Source: an uncultured Chloroflexia bacterium (lineage in GTDB: Bacteria > Chloroflexota > Limnocylindria > Limnocylindrales > CSP1-4). Taken from it: a DNA stretch of 64,000 nt. The stretch lies in the NCBI GenBank assembly GCA_963763775.1, contig CAVXPZ010000001.1, positions 1,248,001-1,312,000 on the forward strand. The letters are read 5' to 3'. Numbering within the stretch: position 1 is the stretch's first letter; each line of letters begins with the position of its first letter. The notes beneath the pieces were generated by a model. That model was not told the DNA's origin. It worked only from the letters and a program-made list of their open reading frames with translations, and did not search any database. The translations under genes were made by a program, and so were the position numbers. Below are positions 27,422 through 35,745 of the stretch, piece by piece.

Positions 27422-27895
27422 TTGACCAGCGGCGCCGATAACGCTGAGCCAGCGGTACCGACGGAGCGAGACCGGGCCCGACCGCTCGGGATCGTCCTGC
27501 TGGTCGGGTTCCAGATCCTTAACGTCGCCGCGACCCTGCTGGCCACGGCCGGCCTCCTCGGGCCGCGGACCGGCAGTATCGTCGCCGTCCTGGGCCACGA
27601 CAGCCCGATCGTGAACGGCCTGGTCATCGCCGTCGCCGTGCTGACGGTCATCGGCGCGATCGGCCTGTGGCGTCTCCAGCGGTTCGGCTGGTACACGATC
27701 ATGCTCCTGACGGGCTTCGGGCTCACGGTCCAGATCGCGTTCTACATCTGGGCGACCGCCAACTTCGTCAACATGGCGATCTTCGTGATCTCCGCCTTCT
27801 ACCTCAACCAGCACGACGTGAAGTCGGTCTTCCTTGAGGCGCCGGCGGAACCGGAGAGCGTCGTGCTTGCGGTCGAGGAGGACGATCAGCGATGA
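27422..27895 (+). CDS. Small 4-TM membrane protein
   Basis: TTG start after AAGGAG; RPLGIVLL, GLWRLQRFGW, YLNQHDVKSVF. Confidence 0.72.
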   Translation: MTSGADNAEPAVPTERDRARPLGIVLLVGFQILNVAATLLATAGLLGPRTGSIVAVLGHDSPIVNGLVIAVAVLTVIGAIGLWRLQRFGWYTIMLLTGFGLTVQIAFYIWATANFVNMAIFVISAFYLNQHDVKSVFLEAPAEPESVVLAVEEDDQR

Positions 27896-29730
27896 CCGAG
27901 GACCGCGACGGCGGCGCGATCGCGAGCTCGTCCGACATCGACCTGCTTCGAACGTTTGAGCCGGTCGTCCGCTACACCCAGGGCGAGCTCTTCTTCCCCG
28001 CGGCGGTCGAGTCGTATATCCCCGAGTGCGATCTCTTCGTCGGTCGATCCGAGCGGGACCGACGACTCCTCGTCCCGTACGGGGAACTGACCGAGGAGCG
28101 GCTCGTCTCGTACACCGCTCCGCCAGGCGAGACCCTGTCGATGCGGCTCGCCCAGAATCAGCTCGGTGGCCTGGATCTCGCCCGTTGGAACCGGCGGCCG
28201 GACCGCCCCGAATTCCACGCACCCAGCCGCCTGGCGCGCGTCGGCATCTTCGCCCGCCTGGTCGACACGGCCTTCACGGCGTCGCTCCTGCTCCGAGGCA
28301 CCGTCCCGGGCGGGACCACGGCGGCCGCCCATCTCAAGTACGAGAAGGTCCGGCAGACCGACCCGCGGTATGTCTACCACGGGCGCGTCCTTCGGTCAGA
28401 TGGCTGGATCGTCCTCCACTACATGTACTTCTACTTCATGAACGACTGGCGTTCCACGTTCTCCGGCGCGAATGATCACGAGTCGGACCTCGAGCAGGCA
28501 TTCGTCTTCCTCGAGGAGGCGCCGGACGGGGTCCACCCGGTCTGGTTCGCCTGTGCGGCACACGATTACTCCGGTGACCAGCTCCGCCGTCGCTGGGACG
28601 ACCCGTACCTGGTCAGGGTCGGCGACCACCCGGTGATCCACGCGGGCGCTGGCTCGCACGCGGCCTACTTCGAGTCCGGCGAGTACATGACCGCAGCGCC
28701 ATTGCCGGCCGCGCGGCGATTGCGTGGCCTCCTCGAGGCGGCACGGTCGTTCTGGCGCGACACGCTTCGGCAGCCGGATCCGGGCGACCTTGCGACCTCG
28801 CTCGAGCGCGCGCTGAGCATCCCGTTCATCGACTACGCCCGCGGCGACGGGCTGCACATCGGCGGCGACAGCGACGCGGAGTGGTCGCCCGTCCTCATCG
28901 ACGATACGGTCCCCTGGGTGGACGGCTACCGCGGCCTGCTGGGTCTGGACACCTTCGACCGGTTCGCCGGCGAGCGGGCGCCGGCGGGGCCGAAGTACAC
29001 GCGTTCCGGAACGGCTCGCCAGTCCTGGAACGATCCGATCGGTTGGGCCGGGCTGGCGAAGACCGCACCGCCGCACCGGATGCCCGCCGCCCTCGAGTCG
29101 CGCCTCACCGAGCTCGAGGCGGACCTCGCCAAGCTCCGGGCCGAGAACGACGCGGCGGCGGCTTCGCTCGACGGGTTCGACCTCGAGGTCCGGGCGCTCG
29201 CGACCGATCAGAGCTTCGCCTCGATCCATCAGACCCGTGCGGCCGAGCTCGCGCAACGCGAGTCGGTGGTCAACGCCGGACGATCGAACGAAGCGGTCCT
29301 CTCGGACACGATCCTGGCTAGTCGGCGCGAGCTCGAGCGGTTGCGAGCCGGCGACCTGGGCGACCCGCGCGCCCACCTCCATGGCGACCATCACCCGGTC
29401 CCACCCGAGATGACCCGTTACGGGAGGGTCGTCGAGATCTGGGCCGCGATCAGCATCAGCCTGGTCCTGGTCGGGGCGGTCGCCGTCGTGTGGCTGACCC
29501 CGGTACCCTGGTACATGGCCCTGGCCGCGGCCTTCGTGGTCTACGCCGTCCTGGAGGCGGCGTTTCGGCGGCGACTCACCACCATGCTCCTCCGGACCAC
29601 CCTGGTCCTGGCGGGGTTCGGCGCCTTGATCCTGCTCTACGAGTTCACGACGCCACTCGTCATGGCGGCGATCATCGGCCTCGCGGCCCTGACGCTCTTC
29701 GACAACGTTCGGGAGATCCGTCGCAGCTAG
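27892..29730 (+). CDS. Hypothetical protein with NPP1/Vps62-like motifs, coiled coil and C-terminal TM helices
   Basis: LHYMYFYFMNDW...NDHESDLE, ACAAHD, GAGSHAAYF; ATGA overlap with the upstream gene. Confidence 0.75.
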   Translation: MTEDRDGGAIASSSDIDLLRTFEPVVRYTQGELFFPAAVESYIPECDLFVGRSERDRRLLVPYGELTEERLVSYTAPPGETLSMRLAQNQLGGLDLARWNRRPDRPEFHAPSRLARVGIFARLVDTAFTASLLLRGTVPGGTTAAAHLKYEKVRQTDPRYVYHGRVLRSDGWIVLHYMYFYFMNDWRSTFSGANDHESDLEQAFVFLEEAPDGVHPVWFACAAHDYSGDQLRRRWDDPYLVRVGDHPVIHAGAGSHAAYFESGEYMTAAPLPAARRLRGLLEAARSFWRDTLRQPDPGDLATSLERALSIPFIDYARGDGLHIGGDSDAEWSPVLIDDTVPWVDGYRGLLGLDTFDRFAGERAPAGPKYTRSGTARQSWNDPIGWAGLAKTAPPHRMPAALESRLTELEADLAKLRAENDAAAASLDGFDLEVRALATDQSFASIHQTRAAELAQRESVVNAGRSNEAVLSDTILASRRELERLRAGDLGDPRAHLHGDHHPVPPEMTRYGRVVEIWAAISISLVLVGAVAVVWLTPVPWYMALAAAFVVYAVLEAAFRRRLTTMLLRTTLVLAGFGALILLYEFTTPLVMAAIIGLAALTLFDNVREIRRS

Positions 29731-29757
29731 GGCGCGAGCTGCTCGGCCGCCGAGCCC

Positions 29758-30714
29758 TCATCCGGCGCGCCCGATGATCCGCAACGCACCCGGGCGGACC
29801 CGCGCCTCGAGCCACCCCGGCGGGTGGTGGTCGCCGTCGACCTCGATGGGCTGGCCGGGATCGGCCTCGATGCGCACGACCTCGACCGGCCGACGCACGA
29901 CGCTGTCGTTGAGGTCCGCGGTCTCGAAGAGCAGCCGTGCCGCGCCGTGCAGTCCGGCCAGGGCATGGCCGCCGCCGACGACGAGCAGGTCGAGGCGGCC
30001 GTCGGCAGGGTCGATCCGACGACGCGGGCCGATCCGGCCCGGGACGAGCTCCCCGGCGTTGGCCACGAGCGCGAGGTAGCCGGGCATGTCGATCCGGTCC
30101 CCGTCCGCGACGATGTGGAAGTCCGCCCGAGTGAGGCGAGTCAGCTCCCGGACCGCTGCCCCCACGTACGCCCCGAACCGCATCCGGCGCTTCCACTCGT
30201 GCTCCGCGGCGGCCATGATCCGGGCGTCCAGGCCCATGCCGCAGGCCACGAGGAACACGGTCTCGCCATCGGGCTCGGCTGTGCCGACCGTCCCCCAGCG
30301 GGCTTCACCGAGGTCCATCGTCCGAGGCTGGCCGTGCCGGATCGCCTCGAGGGCCGGCTTGATGCCCCCGATGCCGAGGGAACCGGCGAGCACGTTCCCC
30401 GTCCCTCCGGGGACCACGGCCAGGGGCGTCTGGCGCCCGGCCAACGCGGCGGCCGCCTGGCGGATGGTGCCGTCGCCCCCGACCGCGACGATCAAGGGCG
30501 CTGCGTCCACGGCCGCCGCCAGGGCCGTGTGGGCGTCGGCCAGCGACCCCGACTCGATGCGCGGCACCCGGCCGGTCCTCGCGCGGACGGCGCGGGCGAC
30601 GGCGTCGACGACCTCCGCCCGGCGGGCGGCATCGTGGAGGCGGGCCGCTCGCGGGTTGACGATGACGAGGGGTGCGGCCGCATCGGCCGGGTCCGGGAAT
30701 GTGAGGCTGGACAT
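29758..30714 (-). CDS. Diacylglycerol kinase-family lipid kinase (YegS/DagK)
   Basis: IVNPRA, VGGDGT, PGGTGNVLA, GMGLDA, EVDGD. Confidence 0.9.
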   Translation of the reverse strand: MSSLTFPDPADAAAPLVIVNPRAARLHDAARRAEVVDAVARAVRARTGRVPRIESGSLADAHTALAAAVDAAPLIVAVGGDGTIRQAAAALAGRQTPLAVVPGGTGNVLAGSLGIGGIKPALEAIRHGQPRTMDLGEARWGTVGTAEPDGETVFLVACGMGLDARIMAAAEHEWKRRMRFGAYVGAAVRELTRLTRADFHIVADGDRIDMPGYLALVANAGELVPGRIGPRRRIDPADGRLDLLVVGGGHALAGLHGAARLLFETADLNDSVVRRPVEVVRIEADPGQPIEVDGDHHPPGWLEARVRPGALRIIGRAG

Positions 30715-31013
30715 CACCGCGATCGTAGACGGGTCGACGCGGATCCGGGCGTCGATGGGCCGAAATGAGCACGATCCCGGCATCGCGGGTAGACTGCGCC
30801 GCGCCGACCGGCCTCCAGGTCAGATGGGATCGACAACTCAAGAGCCCCGCCACGCACGGCTCCGCGAGTCGTCTCCGGCATCGACCACATGCCACCCCGG
30901 GCCCCCCAGCCCGCCCCTCCCTCGATCCGTTCGTCCTTCACCGTGCGCGTCCGCGGGCTCCGATCAAACCGCCGTCGCCCCCCAGGGCGGCGCGCTGGCA
31001 GGAAGGAACTCCA

Positions 31014-31697
31014 TTGCGAACCCGCCCGCTGGGCGCACGAGCGTTCATCACCACCGCCCTCACCGGGGCGATCCTCTTCTCCGTGGCCGCCGCGTCCCCG
31101 ATGATCGCGGCCGAGCCGACCGACCCGTCGACCTCCGTCGAGGCGCCCGTCTTGACCCCGGCGCCGACCGCGACCGAGCCGACGACCGACGTCGCCGCCG
31201 ACCCGGCACCGACCACGGACCCGACTCCCGCCCCTGACGCGACACCCGCCGCAGACGTCGCCTCCGCTGCGGTGCCGGCACCGGCCGTCGTCCGACCGAA
31301 GACCACCGAGGCACGCCAGATCATCGCCATCGCCCGACGCCAGATCGGCGACCCATGGCGCCACGGCGCCCGCGGCCCGCGATCGTTCGACTGCTCCGGT
31401 CTCGTGATCTACGCCTTCAAGAAGGCCGGCGACGCGAAGGCGGTCGGGCGTGGCCACCTGGCCTCGGCCCGGGCGCTGTATCGCTGGTACAAGGCCCGTG
31501 GCCTGGCCAGCCGGCACGACCCCAAGATCGGCGACCTCGTCATCTGGGGCGGCGGCACGCACGTCGGGATCTACATCGGCAAGGGCAAGGCGATCAGCAC
31601 CCTGACGTCCGGCGTCCGCATCCACCGGGTGCATGCGGTGACCGCCCGGTTCACGGCGTACCTCCACACCGGCATGTGGAAGAAGCTCTCGAGCTGA
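31014..31697 (+). CDS. Secreted NlpC/P60 peptidase with Pro/Thr-rich linker
   Basis: Signal peptide; QIGDPWRHGARGPRSFDCSGLV; HVGIYIG; TTG start after AAGGA. Confidence 0.88.
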   Translation: MRTRPLGARAFITTALTGAILFSVAAASPMIAAEPTDPSTSVEAPVLTPAPTATEPTTDVAADPAPTTDPTPAPDATPAADVASAAVPAPAVVRPKTTEARQIIAIARRQIGDPWRHGARGPRSFDCSGLVIYAFKKAGDAKAVGRGHLASARALYRWYKARGLASRHDPKIGDLVIWGGGTHVGIYIGKGKAISTLTSGVRIHRVHAVTARFTAYLHTGMWKKLSS

Positions 31698-31713
31698 CCC
31701 TGAGCGCGGCCGT

Positions 31714-33143
31714 CTAGCCGTCGACGGCCGCGAGCACCCGCAGGATCGCCTCGGCGGATCGGTCGATGTCTTCCTCGGTCGTCCGCCATCCGGAGACCGA
31801 GACGCGCATCGCGGCCCGGCCCTGCCAGACGGTCCCGCCCAGCCAGCACGTGCCGTCGCGCTGCACGCCGTCCACCACGGCGCGAGTCCGTGCGTCTCCG
31901 GCCGTCCCGTCCGGGTCGGCGGCATCCCCGTCGAAGCGGACGAGGACCTGGTTCAGCACGACGTCGTTGAGGACCCGGACCCGCGGCGCCTCGCTGAGCC
32001 GAGCCGCGATGCGCCGCGCCAGCGCGCAGTCGCGCTCGATCAGGTCCACGACGCCGCTGCCGTCCCATGGAGCGGAGGGCGGCGAGGACCGTGAACCCGC
32101 GCGCTCGTCGCGACGACTCCGGGGACCCAGTTGTAGGGATCGCGCTCGCCGCCGGTGGTCTCGACGTAGTACGCCGCCCCGAGCGTCATCGACGCGTGGT
32201 GGGCCGCGGCGTCGCGCACGAACACGAGGCCCGAGTCGTAGGGCACGTTCAGCCACTTGTGCGCGTCGGTCGACCAGGAATCCGCTTCGAGCGATCCGGC
32301 CATCCGGTCCTGCATCGATGGCACGGCCGCCGCCCAGATCCCGAACGCGCCGTCGACGTGCACCCAGGCGCCGCGCGCATGGGCGATCGGGACGATGGTC
32401 TCGAACGGGTCGTAGGCGCCGGTGTTCACGTTGCCGGCCTGCGCACAGACGATGACCGGCCCATCGATGGTGTCGAGCTCGGCCGCGAGCGCATCCGGCC
32501 GCATCCGTCCCTGGTCGTCCGCCGCGACGATCCGGACCCGGTCCCCTTCCCGTCCCATGCCCAGCATCTGGAGCGAGGCGTACACGGTCACGTGCGTCCC
32601 CGCGTGCGTGACGACCGTCAGATCCGGCGCGCCCTGGAGCCCGAGCCGCTCGACGTCCCAGCCGACCCGCGCCATGACCGCGTGCCGCGCCGCCGCCAGC
32701 GCCGTGAAGTTCGCCATCGTCGCACCGGTCACGAACCCGACGCTCGTGCCCGCGGGCAGACCCAGCAGGTCGACGAGCCAGCCCGCCGCGACTTCCTCCG
32801 CGACGGCGGCGGCCGGCGAGATGGCATAGAGGCCGGCGTTCTGGTCCCAGGCGCTCGTCATCCAGTCCGCCGCGAGCGCCGCCGGCACCGCGCCACCGAT
32901 GACGAAGCCGAAGTACCGCGGCCCGGCGCTCGCGATGAGCCCCGCATCGGCGCTCGACACGAGCCACTCGAGGACGGCCGAGGGGTCGGTCGGGTCATCC
33001 GGGAGCGGGCCGCCCAGGGCCGCCCGCAACGTCGGCAGGTCGACGGGTCGGCCGACCGGCCGGTCGTCGAGCGACGCGAGGTACTCGGTCGCGAGCTCGG
33101 TCGTCCGACGCAGCAGGTCGGCGGGGACGGGATCGTCAGGCAT
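31714..33143 (-). CDS. Group II PLP-dependent decarboxylase (frameshifts ~32060-32125)
   Basis: PRYFGFVIGG, FVTGATMAN, GAWVHVDGAFG, DAHKWLNVPY; C-terminus NDVVLNQV...RVSVSGW in another frame. Confidence 0.88.
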
Positions 33144-33236
33144 CGGACCTCCGGGGGCTCGCAACAGGCCACGTGGCAGGCGCTCAGGGTACCGCCAAGT
33201 GCTACCGTGATGGTCCGACCACGAGGAGCATCGGCC

Positions 33237-33626
33237 ATGGATCACGCGGCATTCCAACGGTGGCTCGAGCGCTATATCGATGCGTGGCGGCTGCTCGATC
33301 CGGTCGCCATCGGCGATCTCTTCAGCGCCGACGTCCGCTACGCCTTCGACCCCTTCGAGGAGGCGGTCACCGGTCGAGCGGCGATCGTCGCGTCGTGGCT
33401 CGCTGACCCGGATGCGCCCGGGTCGTGGGCCGCGGACTACGAGGTACTCGCCATCGATGGCGACGCGTGCGTCGCCCATGGGCGGACCCGCTACCTGACC
33501 GACGATCGCAAGGCCGTGGACCGCGAGTTCGCCAACATCTTCGTCTGCCGCTTCGATGACGAGGGCCGCTGCCGCGAGTTCACCGAGTACTACATGCGGC
33601 GCCGTCCGGAGGCCATCCCGGACTGA
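33237..33626 (+). CDS. SnoaL/NTF2-like protein (paralog of 7132-7521)
   Basis: QRWLERYIDAW, GRAAIVASW, RFDDEGRCREFTEY; AGGAG RBS. Confidence 0.85.
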   Translation: MDHAAFQRWLERYIDAWRLLDPVAIGDLFSADVRYAFDPFEEAVTGRAAIVASWLADPDAPGSWAADYEVLAIDGDACVAHGRTRYLTDDRKAVDREFANIFVCRFDDEGRCREFTEYYMRRRPEAIPD

Positions 33627-33711
33627 CCGGCCCGGGTCGCGGAGCGCCTTCCACCCGGTGTACCCTCAGCGCCCGAAACCCCATCGAGCCAGCCCCGCGA
33701 GGTGATCGTCC

Positions 33712-34563
33712 ATGGCGCGAATCGTCCGAGGCGCGCTGGTCCAGGCGAGCTGGACCGGCGACAAGGAATCGATGATCCAGAAGCACGAGGCCTACGCGCA
33801 CGACGCGGCCAAGGCCGGTGCCCAGGTCGTCCTGTTCCAGGAGCTGTTCTACGGGCCGTACTTCTGCCAGGTCCAGGACGCGCAGTACTACAGCTACACC
33901 GAGCTGATCCCCGACGGCCCGACGACGAAGCGGATGCAGGCGCTCGCCAAGGAGACCGGCATGGTCGTCGTGGCGCCGATGTACGAGGAGGACGAGCAAG
34001 CCTCCGGCATCTACTACAACACGGCCGCGATCATCGATGCCGACGGCAAGTACCTCGGCAAGTACCGCAAGACGCACATCCCGCACGTCAAGGGCTTCTG
34101 GGAGAAGTTCTACTTCCGGCCCGGGAACCTCGGCTACCCGGTCTTCGAGACGGCCGTCGGCAAGGTCGGCGTGTACATCTGCTACGACCGACACTTCCCC
34201 GAGGGGGCGCGGGCACTCGGGCTCAATGGCGCCGAGATCGTCTTCATCCCGTCGGCGACGTCGCGCGGGCTGTCGGAGTACCTGTGGCGGATCGAGCAGC
34301 CGAGCCACGCGGTCGCGAACGGCTACTACGTCGGCACGATCAACCGGGTCGGCGTCGAGGCCGACTACGGCGACGACGACTTCTACGGCCAGAGCTACTT
34401 CGTCGACCCGCGCGGGCAGTTCGTGGGTGACGTCGGCTCGGCCCACGACGAGGAGTTGATCGTCCGCGACCTCGACATGGACAAGATCATGGAGGTCCGG
34501 AACACCTGGCAGTTCTATCGGGACCGCCGCCCTGACGCATATTCGGACCTCACGCGCCCGTAG
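33712..34563 (+). CDS. Nitrilase-family C-N hydrolase, beta-ureidopropionase-like
   Basis: FQELFYGPYFC, KYRKTHIP, FWEKFYF, ICYDRHFPE (Glu-Lys-Cys triad). Confidence 0.92.
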   Translation: MARIVRGALVQASWTGDKESMIQKHEAYAHDAAKAGAQVVLFQELFYGPYFCQVQDAQYYSYTELIPDGPTTKRMQALAKETGMVVVAPMYEEDEQASGIYYNTAAIIDADGKYLGKYRKTHIPHVKGFWEKFYFRPGNLGYPVFETAVGKVGVYICYDRHFPEGARALGLNGAEIVFIPSATSRGLSEYLWRIEQPSHAVANGYYVGTINRVGVEADYGDDDFYGQSYFVDPRGQFVGDVGSAHDEELIVRDLDMDKIMEVRNTWQFYRDRRPDAYSDLTRP

Positions 34564-34646
34564 AACGCGCTATCATCCGCGCCGGCTCGGCCGTCTGGAG
34601 GAGGACGGCCGAGCCGCTTCGTTCCAGGGCTGGAGGCCGACCGCCG

Positions 34647-35639
34647 ATGCAGTTCGGATTCACGCTCAAACCGGAGCACTCCATCGAGCGCACGCTCGCG
34701 CTGACCCGGCAGGCGGAGGCCGCGGGCTTCGACTACGGCTGGCTCTTCGACTCGCACGTCCTCTGGCGGGATCCGTACCCGCTGCTCACGCTCATGGCCG
34801 GTGCGACGACACGCCTGCGCCTCGGGACCTGCGTCACGAACCCGGGCACCCGCGAGCCCACGGTCACGGCGTCGTCGCTCGCGACGCTCGACGAGATCTC
34901 CGGCGGCCGGATGGACCTCGGCATCGGCCGGGGTGATTCCGCCCGGCGCGTGCTCGGCAAGCCGCCCATCACGATGGCCAACACGGAGGAGGCGATCCGG
35001 GTCATCCGGGCGCTCGTCGCGGGCGAGCCCGTCACGTACGAGGGAACCGAGCTCGAGTTCCCGTGGACCACCGGCTGGACGCTCCCCGTCTGGGTCGCGG
35101 GCTACGGCCCGATGGCGCTCGCGATGACGGGGCGCGTCGCCGACGGGATCATCCTCCAGCTCGCCGACCCGGACCTGATCCGCTGGTTCACGGGCCAGGT
35201 GCGGGACGCCGCCACGGCCGCCGGTCGCGATCCCGCATCGATCAAGGTCCAGGCCGCGGCCCCGGCGCACGTCGGGCCGCGCGACGTCGGGCGCGCGCGG
35301 ACTCGCTGGTTCCCCGCCCTCGTCTCGAACCACGTGGTCGACCTGGTCAACAAGTACCCGCGCGACCAGCTGCCGGAGTCGTTGACCGGGTACATCACGG
35401 ACCGCGAGGGGTACGACTACCGACATCACGCCGAGGTCGGCTCGAGCAACGCCGGTTTCGTGGGCGACGAGGTCATCGATCGCTTCTGCATCCTCGGCTC
35501 GGTCGCCGAGCACGTCGACAAGCTCCACGAGCTCGCCGACGCCGGCGTGGACCAGTTCAACCTCTACCTGATGAACGGCGACGAAGAGGCCCAGCTGGAG
35601 ATCTACGGTCGCGACGTGATCCCGGCGATACGGCCCTAG
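34647..35639 (+). CDS. LLM-class F420-dependent oxidoreductase (TIGR03842-like)
   Basis: WLFDSHVLW, LGTCVTNP, GIGRGDSA, AGYGP, WFPALVSNHV, YDYRHHAEVGS. Confidence 0.88.
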   Translation: MQFGFTLKPEHSIERTLALTRQAEAAGFDYGWLFDSHVLWRDPYPLLTLMAGATTRLRLGTCVTNPGTREPTVTASSLATLDEISGGRMDLGIGRGDSARRVLGKPPITMANTEEAIRVIRALVAGEPVTYEGTELEFPWTTGWTLPVWVAGYGPMALAMTGRVADGIILQLADPDLIRWFTGQVRDAATAAGRDPASIKVQAAAPAHVGPRDVGRARTRWFPALVSNHVVDLVNKYPRDQLPESLTGYITDREGYDYRHHAEVGSSNAGFVGDEVIDRFCILGSVAEHVDKLHELADAGVDQFNLYLMNGDEEAQLEIYGRDVIPAIRP

Positions 35640-35745
35640 GGCACACTGTCCGCAGGGGAACCCCATGGGGGGAGCGGATGTCAGCGATCGAGATCGGGGT
35701 CATCGACGTCGTGTGGTCCGGCCCGGCGCAGGCTCGGGTGACCGG

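Noticed and set aside
30800-31013. c-di-AMP (ydaO) or c-di-GMP riboswitch upstream of NlpC/P60
   Set aside because: Characteristic consensus segments were not found by eye. The region is kept only as an unclassified structured leader.
34583-34616. Hairpin between the nitrilase and LLM genes as a riboswitch
   Set aside because: It is a single 13-bp stem after a TATCAT -10-like site, more simply explained as a terminator or 5' stabilising hairpin.
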